Shown: piece after piece, positions 27,191-39,708 of the stretch
Layout of the letters: each line of letters begins with the position of its first letter
Numbering within the stretch: position 1 is the first letter of the stretch
Source of the DNA: Botryllus schlosseri
Taxonomy: Eukaryota
Direction of reading: 5' to 3'
NCBI GenBank assembly: GCA_051294905.1
Contig: CM119371.1
Span: forward strand, 32,552,001-32,616,000
DNA: 64,000 nt
Notes under the pieces: generated by a model
The model's input: only the letters and a program-made list of their open reading frames with translations
Databases searched by the model: none
What the model was told of the DNA's origin: nothing
Program-made: the position numbers and the translations under genes

Positions 27191-27358
27191 TATGCACTAG
27201 GGATGGTGTGGACTCCTGAAAGGTTCGGGATCGTGTGAACGCGAACCATTTTGATAGGTTCTGTATCAGTGCTTCTCAACCGGTGTGTCATTTACGTCTC
27301 GCAGCGTGCCGCGAGCGATTCCTTCGAAATTCTGAAATGATTCGCAAATCAATTCTAA

Positions 27359-27866
27359 TTGAAATGAACCCGAATATTTTCGGCTGACACTCGTCAGGGG
27401 TAATCGTCAGCAACTAGTAGAGAATTGGAAAGAACATTGTATTTCAACAATCGTATCACAAAATATGACGTCATCCGCTTAAGATTGATGCTGATCGATC
27501 AAAGGCCATTAATTCTGCCATCGGCAAACATCAGTTATATAATCCGATTTGTGCGAATAATTATCGAGACGACCGATTTCGAATCGTTGGGCGAGGCCGT
27601 TCACAATTCCATTTGTGTGCCTTTGAGTCGACTTTTATCAAAATACACCAACCGAAACTTTGTCAACAAAAGGAGTTCGTGTACCACCTAAAAATAGTAC
27701 ATTGAACGCTCTCTCATTCACGAAATTTCATGCTGGTGACGTCATATTTTGTGATACGATTGTTGATATGCAATGTTCTTTCCAATTCTCTACTAGTTGC
27801 TGACGATTACCCCTGACGAGTGTCAGCCGAAAATATTCGGGTTCATTTCAATATGAATATACTATT
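27359..27866. mobile_element. Palindromic module with ~115-130-bp inverted arms, unclassified
   Basis: TTGAAATGAACCCGAATATTTTCGGCTGACACTCGTCAGGGG...TGACGTCA and its reverse complement. Also at 48931-49304 and 50441-50814. Confidence 0.85.
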
Positions 27867-28576
27867 CAATTGTATATTGAAGTTATGTAACTCCAAGAAG
27901 CTCTTCAAATCAATTCTAGTATATAGCAAACGATCAACAATCGAAATCGAGCTCGATGTTAATTTTGTATATTTGACAAATATAAATTGATATTATGCCC
28001 GCAATCATTCTCCCCCGCGAACTCGCTTTTCCCGACATATCGCGTGACTTGACGGTTGAGTTTAGTTTTGCACAATACGTCGTTTGACCGCAGAGAAGTG
28101 CAGACACGGCGACGCCTGTATGACGATGCAGTATCTCTCATTGTCTCCCCAATCACCAGCGAGAAATGAACTACTTTAGAAGTGACGTTGGCTCTCGAAT
28201 TACAAACATAACAATCCCCATTTCGATGCCGGACTTCGGGTAAAATGTAGGTTTGCAGCATGACGTTCTGTTGCCGGCGTCGAATATGACAATCGAGAAG
28301 TAAGGTTGATCCAGTCATATCAGTTAACAAACTTTCTGGCTTCGGTTACCAAAACGTTTGAAGTTTCGACTAGATCGCAGCAGGTCAGTTTTGTGGTAGT
28401 TGAGGTGCCAGCTAAAAATCCAAAACCTCACACGGAAGCAGAAAAAGTTATTTTCCCTGGCTTGCACAGGAATTGTTACAAATGTTCGCGACTAAACTGC
28501 AGATTAATTGAAAACGATTCCCATGTCAAATAATCCCATTCGTACACGTATTTGATTTGGGACATGTCCAGAGATA

Positions 28577-29690
28577 TTTGCATATTTGGTAGATATCTTT
28601 GACCACTTAAACAAGACAAATTCCAGAATGCAAGCAAGAATGAAATCTCTTATCTTCAACAGATAAAATTAGAGAATTGCAAGAGAATTTCAAAGTGTGG
28701 TCAGTAGGAGCAAGAACTTATTGTAGCGCGTTCTCCCTTTTCTCCGAACGAATAAAATCGAAATCGCGCCGTTAGTTGTTCAGCATCTCAAATGCTTGCA
28801 TGCAAAAATAAACACTTATTTTCCAACACTGTAGTAACAGAAAACTATGCATGGGTAAGAAACTCATTCTTGCCGCAGGAAACCCATCTTACTTAAAATC
28901 TCAAAGAGGAGGAAGAGCTGATTGAGATCCGTAATGACGTTAACTTGTTTTTATGGTTAGGACTGGCCAAATCGAGTACCTGAGTGATTCGATTCTGAAT
29001 CACGTATTACGCTTCGAGTCGAGTATTCAAGTATCACTCATTATAACGTCACAACATAATATGATATGTCAAAGTTCATATGCGTACCTCTTAGGCTACC
29101 AAAAAGGATATAATGGCTTTTATCCGTCATGTTAAAGATACTTCGGTATTTTTTTGACCATACCGATTTCATTGCACTTCTTGACAATGTTGTGGGATGA
29201 TCATGACTTCGGAAATGTATTATTTCCAGTAACGGTCGTAGTTTTGTACTATGTCTCGTATGCTGCGACACGGCTAATCAAAGTTTCAAGGCTTTCTCGG
29301 TGGAAAATGTATTAAAACTATGATTCTCGTTAGTAAACTAACTTTCAGTTGTGAGGAGCGTATAACTTCAGTACTCGAAAAAATCGTCTTTCACTACTCG
29401 ACTCGAATCATTAAAATTGATAATCGATTCAGATTCGAGTACTCGAATCATTGTGCCCAGCCCTAGTTATGGTACAATGAGATGTATTATTATCCTGATG
29501 GATTATCATTGCATTGGAGAAAAGGCAGCTATGATTTTACTTCAATTTTTCACGTCGTAGCTGTGCGAGACAGGATTTCCTTTCTGGTCAACATACAAAC
29601 CAAAAAGAGAAAGAGGTTACTTGCTGTTGAAGAAGAGACGAAAGTGAGAGTAGCATTATCGAATGTGCGTTCATACATTGACTTTGTTTC
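28577..29690 (+). pseudogene. Buster/SPIN (ZBED5/SCAND3-like) hAT transposase C-terminal relic, split by MITE 28958..29465
   Basis: FAYLVDIFDHLNKTNSRMQ, STDKIRELQENFKVW, QHLKCLHAKINTYFP, WVRNSF, EEEELIEIRND, then KAAMILLQFFTS*LCETGFPFLVNIQTKKRKRLLAVEE..VRVALS. Confidence 0.88.
28958..29465. mobile_element. hAT MITE with ACTCGA/TCGAGT repeats
   Basis: TAGGACTGGCCA...TGCCCAGCCCTA. TSD TTTATGGT/GTTATGGT. Confidence 0.82.
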
Positions 29691-30186
29691 TGATGAAATT
29701 GAAATTGTTTGGCTTTCGTTGGAACTGTTCAATTTATTACAGACACTGGATACACTGCAGAGGTGGCTGCATTAGTCAGCGTTACTACTGAATTGGTTGC
29801 TGCTAAGTATTCTGGTAGATTGCAGGTGCCGCAAGACAAAAAAGTTCAGAACCACTGTGCCGGTGTGCCACGTACAATTTTTCATTTCCTGAGAGCGCCG
29901 CGAGTGCAGTGCAGTGTTGCGGGCCGATGCGGCCCGCGGGCCGTAGTTTGCCCACCCCTGACATAGAGCAAAATTTTGACTTAGCCCGCCTACGTATTCC
30001 ATGCTACCCATTCTCTGAAAAATAGTTTCCAATATCTAGCGTAGGGGTTGGCAAGTCATTAAATGTTAAGAACTGTACTCAACTGGATTTCATTTTAATT
30101 GGCAACACAATGATTTTTATTTTGTCAGTATATCAGACATAGAATTGACATCTCAAATTGAATTTGAAATGGGAGAGCAGTGACGG

Positions 30187-33120
30187 AATTTTGACTTGAC
30201 CCGCGAACGTATTCAATGCTTCCCATTCCCCGAAAAATAATTTCATTTTACCAGGCAACACATTGATTTTTATTTTATCGGAAATAATATACACAGAATC
30301 GACATTTCAAAAGGAAGTGCTTCGAGTTTGAAATAGGAAAGATACTGACCTCCAAACCCCACCCGCTGGCTTCGCCACTGTTAGCATTTATGGCCCTGAG
30401 CTACCAATGGCTGCATAAAAATCATTCAACAGAACAAATGGTATCTCGAATCACACAAAACGACAACACGTGCGCTCTAGTTGTTCGGCAACTAATATTT
30501 CTTCAAATGTGAAACCAGAACTAGAACAAGAACTACTCACTTTTCAATATCCGCAATTAGAACTAGAACCATTCACTATTCAAAATCTGAAACTAGAACT
30601 AGAACGGGAACTATTCAGTTTTTAAAATCTGCAACTGGAGAAATAGGACTAGAACTTCTCAAAACACCGTTAGTTATAGTTGAACGGCAACTAACTAAAT
30701 GTGTAGTTTGTTCAAGTCTGATTAAACAGTTTAACCATTACTTAACCCTCGAGTAATATAAAAAAAATAGCATTTCAATAAATATTAATCCAGGCTGCAT
30801 CGTAAATTAAATTCGAGTAGATTTCATATAGTCGAAATGCTGGTACGTATGATCCTTTTTACGAGCGACAAATGATATTGAGATGATTTTTGATAAATAA
30901 TGTTTTTTGAAATTCTCTACTAGTTAGTGAATATTATCTATGGCGCGAGGGATATTATGTGTGTGGTCATTTCGAAGATATAAGGCGAAATGGGCATGTT
31001 GCATCATAGCCTACTTATCAGGGTACAATTGGCACAGTTCCCGATTCCATAAACAAGATTCTATAGTCATAGTTGCGCTATCATCCAAATGTAAAATATA
31101 CAACTGAGCAAGATGTCTGGAAAGCTAGGTTAGCCTGACTACTGCTGACTATGAGCTTCTCATAGTACTCACGTTCAGATAGACTACCGAAATCTTCGCA
31201 TGGCGAGATTTTACATCGATTTTGCAAGTCCCGTGACGATGCATGAAACAGACTGAAGCCGGATGTAATTAAATGCTAAACCCCATGCATGAATCGCGTG
31301 AGCGCGCCTCGCGTATATAGCTGTGCAAATGCTGATAGATCAATGGCCAGTTTCCTGAACACTGAATACTCTTAAAAGCGATATACGTGTGGCGATCAAC
31401 CATTTTCAAAGTGATCTTTTTATATTGTTTTGTGCCCTACAACTGTTGCAACTTACTTATTTTCCTAAGTATATGACAAGAAAATTGTAAATGTACTTTG
31501 GACATTGTCCTGATTGCCTTTAAATCAATATTCCAAACGGTACATATATATGAATTCATCAGCATAAACATCAAATATCGCACCGTGTTCACTTGACATA
31601 CTAAATCACATGATCCAACATGCACTCATTGGTTACTATTTCTGCTGTACTAAAATGACTATCGTTTATAAATTATAATATAACGTTTCAGATTTGTACT
31701 TTGCCGTACATACTCGAAACAGTGCATTAAGTAATGCGCGGAGGTATCCGACTACAAGCATTGTCCACACATAGGCGAATCAGTAGATACAATCTTATGT
31801 AAGTGATAATTGAGTCGACAATACCCTGATCGCATTCAAAACAGTTTCAAAGTAATATTTATAGAATGTGCAATGTACATCATGAATAGAACTGTCTCGG
31901 GTATTTATATCATCGCATGTCATAGGGAGGTATTTGAAAGCCAACGTCGTCTTCCGAAATCTCTTTTATACCTATATTCAAACGAACTTCTTAGTAGTGA
32001 ATTTCGTCATCCACCGCCGGCGACTTCCACGCCATAACCGAGTGTGCAAAAAGTAGCTAGTATGGGAAACCTAATACATGTTCAAACTCGGTCAGTATCA
32101 GAACGCAGAAATGCAGGAAAGACACATTATAACAGTGCTTTTTAACCTTTTTGGATACCGATTCGCACTTTTGTTTTGTAATTGAATTTCATTCGCTCAA
32201 ATCAATAAATATTGTTATAGTTTTCCTGATGTCTTGGGAAATAAGCTCCAGAGTAGACTCATTAGAGCTCGCTACCTTATGATACGTTCCTCAGACTTGC
32301 GTTCGGTTTTTATTTCTCGATTTCCCATTTCCTGTCTCGCGAGTTCATGGAAAGAGCAAGGATCTCTCACTCGAAACTTAATAACAGTTCGAAAAACTTC
32401 AATAACCAACAACCAGCTTCTTGAACCACGAGAAAAATCAGAGATTTTGTGGCATCTCGCCGAGCCTCACACCTGGAAAATATGGTATTTGTAATATTAC
32501 AGTTGCATGCCACGATTTTAAGGACATTCATAACATTAACTACCGAACTTGCAGAACACAATTGTACGCAACACGAAACGTGTCTGACGTACGTGATTTC
32601 AAATAGGAGTGATTTAAATTCCCCTGCTCGTTACATTTGTACTACTGTCCACTCAGATTGCAAGAACAGGACTATTCAGTGCCAACCGCCGACAACAGAG
32701 CGTATCGATTTGGAAAGGCTTGGCCATCCAGCGACGGTCATTTTGACCGTGCTTTTGTCGCCGCTGATGCTTTTGGCACCGCATTTTATCAGCGATATGT
32801 TGGCCAAACTTTACATTTTCCGGTGCCCCGACAAGCCAACATAGAAGGGTCTGGTCTCGAAATAAATGTGTCATGCGGTCGTTGCACAGAAATGCACACC
32901 CCTACACTAGTTCATCTCAACGGTCTTCGACGACGTCTTTCAGAAAACCAGTCGTACAAATCCTATCATGAATCCAAACCAAAGGTCGCAGATTCTCATG
33001 ATAAAGCCATATTTTTGCTTATTGGATATAGTATGCAACAACAGTGACCCTGGATATGTAAAAATCATCGCCGGATTTTTTGCAATAAATTAAACAAATA
33101 CTACATACATATCAATAGAT
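30187..33120 (+). repeat. Segmental-duplication block upstream of ZF2, paralogous to 9984..14747
   Basis: Colinear similarity throughout. Lacks the insertions seen in the ZF1 copy. Confidence 0.9.
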
Positions 33121-33565
33121 AGTTCTGGCAACGTGTCGACCTAACATCATATACTCTTTGCGGCCAATACTTTAATAACCCTTGAAGGGGTGAGAATTTG
33201 CGCTGCAGTAACTTGCGAATGTGAGTCTGTAATGTTGGTACTAATCAATGAGCTCTTACATTGTTGTGCAACGTTATTCGACTCAGCTAGATTGACAGTC
33301 ATATATACAACAATTTCATGGGGTTGGCAGCAGTGGCGTAGCAGCAGGTGCTGCCACCCATGGCTTTTCTTGAAAGTGCCGCCGCATAAGCACACCGCAG
33401 CAAATTTCGACATAGTTTCCTGTTCGAGCACTCTTTTCAATAAAAATAATTACAAATAATATGCCGCGTATCAGAAGTTCTATGTTGCTTGAGAAAGAAG
33501 CCCATCTCAGCGTTTATAATGCCAAAAACAATAATGACAAGAAATTGAGAACGAATGTATTAGTC

Positions 33566-35033
33566 CAGGGGCGGCCAACCCGTCACCCGCGAGAAGATTT
33601 TGAGTGGCTGGCGAAATAATTCGCGAAATTAGCTGTAATATTAAATAATAAATATTCCATGTAATTTATTACCGTTATATATATCGTCTGCTATCGGCGC
33701 AACAAAGTATGTAATTTACTGTGAATTTTCAAGGTCCATCAAAAGTTTGATAAGCTTTACTGCGAAATTTGGGTTGGTAATGACTTGAGCATCATTTCCG
33801 ACGCAATGGCGTAGCCAGGGGCCAGCCAGATTTTTCATAAGATCTTCGTATATGATCATAAAGTAGAATATTTCGTGGTAGATTTATTTGACTCGATATT
33901 TTTATTAGCACTTAGCGCGATTTATTGTCACTCAAATTCTTGCTTATAGTACTCCCTCCTTAAAATTCACCGAATTGAGTCTGACAATACTCGCAATTAT
34001 GAGAGAACGTGTCGTCCAACATCCGACTTCGCATCTGCATTTGTAGAAAGATGATAGGTGATGATGAAACATTCGTACAAAATGATAGACGCCTCTACGC
34101 CGGAATCTACGATATTTATATGCCTAAGCGCCGAATATTCGTGTCCTTGTCAAATGAGCGCAGCGGCATGCAAAGGCGACCCGCAATATATGCAAGTGGC
34201 AGAGGTATTGGCCGAACTCATTCATTATAATTTAGAAAAATGTTAGCGCTTGGCTCGGTTAGTTCACGAGTGCACTATGCACGCTGACTTTTCACGACAT
34301 AATTGTTATCGATTTTGATGCCTAGTAATATACGTCTTCTTTCCAGGGTTGTAATGACTCGAGTCAGACTCGAGACACGATTTTCTGATGACTCGACTTG
34401 ACTCGAGTCATTTTCTAAAAATACGGAAATCACTTTACTCGATTCGAGTCAATCTGTGTATTGACTCGACTTGGACTCGAGTCATTGCGCATGACTCGAA
34501 CCAAGTCATATGACTTGAGACCAAGACGGCCAAGACCGATATTTCATTGTGATTTCGAAGAATAGTAAAGAAACCACCCTATCGGGTCGGGACTTCGACT
34601 ATTGGTACTGGTACTTAAAAAGGCGACCAGAAACTGATAAAAGTGAGGAAAATTAGTATATTACAAACGCGAACCAGTCGATATCACCAAACAGAGTTAT
34701 AAAAGTGGGTTTGACAAGACTTTAACTGGAAATTAAGCAGTCAACACGATGACTTGGACTCGGACTCGAGTCATAATACCATGAGTCGGACTTGAATACC
34801 GGGTCGATGACTTGGACTCGGTGGTGAATTGAAAATGACTCGACTTGACTCGTGTCAAAACTATAAAAGTGAGATTGACTAGTGACTCTGTTACAACCCT
34901 GCTTGTTTCCGTATAGTCCGGCTCGCTCCTATCGAACGACTCAAGAAAGGTCATCAAAATTCAACATCCAAGTGGCCTGCTCAATGATTCCCAAATCTCA
35001 TGTGGCCCTTTGACCGAAAAGGTTGGCGCCATG
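33566..35033. mobile_element. Charlie-like hAT element with nested MITE
   Basis: CAGGGGCGGCCAACC...GGTTGGCGCCATG. TSD TATTAGTC/TATTGGAC. Confidence 0.7.
34344..34901 (+). mobile_element. GACTCGAGTC-repeat hAT MITE
   Basis: TIR CAGGGTTGTAA...TTACAACCCTG. TSD CTTCTTTC/CTTGTTTC. Confidence 0.9.
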
Positions 35034-35799
35034 TATTGGACAAATATAAAAAAAATCAATAGCCGCCTCAAAACTGAACTCTCCGGACTTTCAGCGGAAC
35101 GAAATCAGCGACAATATTCTAAAAATCAAGTTTTTGAACGTAGTCCCTTTCTATAAAAAGAATGGATAGAGGTGATAGCCGATACTCATTCACGGTATAA
35201 CGTAAATAAGACTTTATCAGTTTGAGCTTTGAGAATCTCGTCTCAGAGCTCGCAATTGAAACACAAATGGTCAGACACGTATGGTGTCGAATCATGTAGG
35301 TGTGATTTACCTAACCACCGTAAAACATCGAACGCTGTTGCATTACGATCAAAAGTGGTTTCACGGCTCCGCACCAGCCTTTTAAATCTGTCAATTTCCG
35401 CATCTAACTCCAATTTAACAATGAAACACTGTTTTTAACAGAAATCTATTATTGTTGTTGTTGTTGTTGTTGTTGTTAGTATTGTACACATGGTGTTCGG
35501 CTACAATGGCCTTTTACACCAGGTCTTAAGAGTCTGACAAAGCCATTAGCGTCACAACTGTCTGCCGGTGAGGATAACGAATTCAGCCACCGGTAGTAAA
35601 ATACGTGAATCTGATAACAGTATTGTGAGATGAAACGGTATGCCTACATTCGCCGCTGTCGTCTTCAAGTGATTACGGTGGGTCGAATAGTGTTGGAAAT
35701 GAATTGAAAAGTATTCGACCGTATCGTCGACGTATCGCATAAACCCATCTCGTGACATGCAATTCTGCGAAGGTGCCAGTGGATTCTACAGTGGCCCGT

Positions 35800-36177
35800 T
35801 TGCAATCTTATCAGAATTGATGAGAATGTACGTGAGGATATGCTGCAGCTTGGCATGATTGGCCATACAGAGGTGACCCGCAATATATGTAATTGATATT
35901 AGTATCGGCAGAACCAATGTAAAACATCGAACGCTGCTGCATTACGATCAAAAGTGGTTTCTCTGCTCCGCACAAGCCTCCTAAATATGTCAATTTCTCC
36001 ATCTAACTCCAATTTAACAACAGAATACTGTTCATAATCGAAAGCTATTGTTGCCTCTTTGATTCCGGCTGGTCGGGACAACGGAACGACCGCGAAATAG
36101 CCGTCTAAGTTTGAACATCGGCATTGTTCCGAATATTCGCTCGATATAATTTCCATTATCATGGTCAATTTGGTCAT
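35800..36177 (-). pseudogene. Probable hAT transposase C-terminal relic
   Basis: ELDGEIDIFRRLV...DVLHWFCRY*YQLHILRVTSVWPIMPSCSISSRTFSSILIRLQT resembles the LRIxxTxPxTxCxxERxFSxLxRLKT dimerisation motif. About 100 bp of it is duplicated at 35320-35425. Confidence 0.5.
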
Positions 36178-36578
36178 AGTGTTGCGGCGCTCCGATTAAT
36201 CGGAACAATCGGTCTTGACGGCTGTTTCGGATTGGTTCAATTGTCATGCTCACATTTTAATTTGTGTTTTCGGAATCAGTGCGACACTAGCTTTTGATTT
36301 AGACCAGTTGATCAAATTTGAGGTCTCGGGGTCTTCAAAATGACTTCTTTTCTCTATTTGTACTGGCTACTTGATAAAATTGTTAGGTTAGCTAATTTAA
36401 GCCTACACGCCAAATTTGGTTCAATTCCAACCAGTATAGCCTCATTGCTACAGGAGAAATAAGTTTCTGTTTATCACATAAAAATAAATACCAATATAAT
36501 TGAAAATTATCTGTTCGCTCCATCAAAGTGTTAGGTTGTTTACAGAAACGATGTTCACCAAATTTGGTTCAAACCCAA

Positions 36579-37151
36579 TTTAACGCAGAGCGAATGTTTG
36601 TAGTTGTATAATTGTATATCTGACTCCAAGAAAGGTTGCGTTTACAATTCGCTGCGTGTTTCTTCTTTCGTTCGACGGACCGGCGTACGGCCTTTCGTAC
36701 GGCCTTGTTGGCTGACGTACCACGAAGCCTGTCTCTTGCACACGTATTCGATGGATCACACTGACGAATATATTTTGTTTCCGTCTCCCCGACTTGTAAC
36801 TTTATTGAATGTCACGTACGGTTCAAAATGCAATATATTTCTCGCAATTGGTGAAGTACTTATGAATGTCTATCGACTTCCGAACCAGCTAATAATCATG
36901 AATGTATATCAACTTCCGAACCAGCTAATAATCATGAATGTATACATCAATGTCTCTACGTGGTATTACACACGTATATCTCGAAATGAACCCAACGTCG
37001 TACGATTTCATATTTCGTTATCTACGTTCACACGACAAATTATACGGCTCACAAAGGTATTATCAGGTTTCAGTTCAGGGAATTAGGTAAGGTTCACAAC
37101 ACTCCCTATTGCTCAAATCTAAAAATGGTGTGAACAATATATTTCGTTAAA
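36579..37151 (-). repeat. 3' LTR
   Basis: Termini TTTAACG...CGTTAAA. Internal 36-bp tandem repeat at 36862-36945. Minus-strand AATAAA at 36801-36806. Confidence 0.95.
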
Positions 37152-37153
37152 AG

Positions 37154-37162
37154 TTCCCCCTT
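37154..37162 (-). promoter_or_regulatory. Polypurine tract
   Basis: AAGGGGGAA, 2 nt before the 3' LTR on the minus strand. Confidence 0.75.
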
Positions 37163-38266
37163 GCTACCCAAAAGAACTTGGTGTAAAAAAAAACGAATAT
37201 ATTGTTCAAAATGTTCGGTTATAAATTCCCCCTTTCAGCCAAAGAACTTTGTGTAAAAAAAAACCGAACATACCGTTCAAAACCTTCCATATTGGTCAAT
37301 ATCTCATACCTAGGGACATACGACATATGGACGGGGGCTAACCATAGGGACTGAAGCTAATCCTAGGGATTGGAGACAGGAAACGATTTTATATGCAGGG
37401 GCAAAAGTAAACTAATGAAACGACATACCATCCAAGCGTGGCATTCGGAAACCCTAAATTACATAACCATCCCGGGATGACACGAAATCACACCATTACG
37501 CCCTAGAGGCAACTGAAACGCAAACCAACCATATTAAGCGTTCAAAGACAACTAAAGAAATAAAAGACATTAACTAGCACAAAAGCGGTACTATCAGCAA
37601 CATTAAAGATCACATCGCATGTAATCAACAAGTTAATGAAAATTTATAATAAAGAACAACAAAATGAAACACAATACAATGCAAGTCATAGACGAAACCA
37701 GTCTATATGCACTGACGAATGCCATCACGTGTATGCAAGGTCAACACCATAATTCATCCAGCAATCATGCTTCAAAACCCACAGAACATGCTATTCACTG
37801 TCATCAATCACTTCTTTTTCTACTTTCTCATTATTACTGTCAACCCGTCCAGCGGGAACAGCAACCATTCCTACCAAATCCGTGTTGTCTGTACACAACA
37901 ACAGAGGGCTTATGGCAATCCCACAACCATTCTACAGTGACCATTTCAAATATGACGCAAAGTTCCGTGAAGCATAAGCGGGCCTACACGAGCCTAACAT
38001 TCTGGTGTCCGCACATATTACTACAACGCATACCTTAGCAACGAGCTTCGGTGACCCCCACCTTACATTCTACGACGGGAGTCACAACATGATGCAGCAA
38101 TCCTGCATTTACATAACATATCACTGTATAAAGCGCAATTTAACCGCGCCTATCTTTACTTTACGTTTATGCGATTCAACAATCGATGAAGCAGCAATCC
38201 TGCGTTTACACACATATCAATGCATAAGGCACAACTTTCATCACGCATATCTTCATTCTACGCGAT

Positions 38267-38545
38267 TTAATGCAACACGTAATCATTCAAATGTCTTGGT
38301 CTAACAATTCGTCTCCCTCTGGACGTATATCTTGGACTTGACTCGTTTAGAGTTCTGCCTTCACTACATGTTTGGGTCATAGCGTTATCGTCCAAAATGG
38401 ATTCATGCCCACGATTATCGCGATCGACATCCACAGGTACGCATTCATAGATACGCTCTCGGGACGCGCTACCAATACTACTCGGACAATCGCTCTCGGG
38501 ACGCGTCACTAACACTACCCGGACAGTCGCTACCGCTGTCATCAC
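38267..38545 (-). pseudogene. Integrase C-terminal tail relic
   Basis: Ends RYTSRGRRIVRPRHLNDYV, like the TRSGRxVRxPxRxxDY tail of many Gypsy pol proteins. Confidence 0.65.
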
Positions 38546-39282
38546 AACTAGACAAAATTACATGTACGTCACCCGGATTTCCCGCGGAGTTTACAAATCA
38601 ACAACATTAGGCGATCAAAAAAAAACACAAACATCACTTAATACCACAAAACAACACATACACGATATTACGGCAACATTAAAGGATACATTACATTGGG
38701 CATTCAGAACACCGATAATATCACTCGCACACGAACTAATCAGCAAGACACTGTTATGGGTATTAAAAGGCCTAAATTCACTTGCAATCATTTTATTCTA
38801 AATTGATATGAAACTTCCTAATTCATATCACGTAGCATTTAACGTTGATATATACCAACCGAACGAGAGTGTGCCCTATTTATTGTATTACATGCAAAGC
38901 AATGTTTGCAAATATCATGCACTACCGCGGTGCATATTTTCTCAATGATATACTCAACATAAGGGTATCGTCGTATGGCAGAGGCCTAATATCTCTTCAT
39001 AAGGCTTGCAATATATCATTATTCATCACACGTACATATCAAGCTATTCAGCTATTGGATGCATCATGGCATCGAATAAATAGGGTAGCCTTCTTGCCAC
39101 GGGTTTACCCGCACACATCTCTTAACAAAACATCATGCTATATAAGCACCTGCGTCATACATCTGCAAGCAGCGCAGTATTTGACCCGCAGGAAATGCGA
39201 CCCCTACCTGGGTAGAGAAACCAATGATTGCAAGTTACTCTACTAAACTATACTTTGTCAATATCCCAATAACAGCAACCAA

Positions 39283-39708
39283 CTAACGTCGTAGTGCAAG
39301 AGCATAAAATCGATCTACCTTAAATTTTTCTAATCCGTGTGATGCATTAATCAGCGATTTCAGAGCTCTGGGGTTCATGCCCGGAACTGTCTCGGCATAA
39401 AAGTTATTCCACTTCTGATCAATCGGAACATCAAAACGGTCCAACAGAACCTTTTTAAGCAAGTCGTAGCAATTAGGATCATGTGGGCCTGGAATACTTC
39501 CATCGATAGCGGCTAAGTGTGCGTCATTCAAGTTCCTCAACAAGATTAGATATTTAGCTTTTTGCGACCGCACATTTTCGCCCTCGAGCTGATGTTCAAA
39601 TATTCTGAAATACAGCGCCGGTTCCTGCTTGTTAAAAGGTCGATCGATAGTGATCTCGCGAGAAGTGAATCTATCCAGAGATTCATTGTCACTACTTTCC
39701 ACTCCCAT
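39283..39708 (-). CDS. Truncated Gag (N-terminal capsid-like domain, DUF7041-like), 141 aa
   Basis: PFNKQEPALYFRIFEHQL...RSQKAKYLILLRNL...PNCYDLLKKVLLDRF matches the PFWxxxPxxWFxxxExQF...KF...L...YxxLKxxLxxRF pattern. It is the first Gag-like ORF after the leader. Confidence 0.8.
   Translation of the reverse strand: MGVESSDNESLDRFTSREITIDRPFNKQEPALYFRIFEHQLEGENVRSQKAKYLILLRNLNDAHLAAIDGSIPGPHDPNCYDLLKKVLLDRFDVPIDQKWNNFYAETVPGMNPRALKSLINASHGLEKFKVDRFYALALRR

Larger units (their letters stand above)
27267..29905 (+). mobile_element. Internally rearranged Buster-type hAT transposon
   Basis: Left end and right subterminal region match MITE 21687..22110. Contains a transposase relic and nested elements. 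Right boundary approximate. Confidence 0.65.

Noticed and set aside
32449..33047. 131-aa and 136-aa ORFs in the duplicated upstream block
   Set aside because: The paralogous sequence at 14150-14700 has stops and indels in these frames, and no domain is recognisable.
36604..37086. 160-aa ORF present twice (also 40533..41015)
   Set aside because: Lies wholly in the LTRs, antisense to the element, starts at TTG and has no recognisable domain. The duplication is explained by LTR identity.
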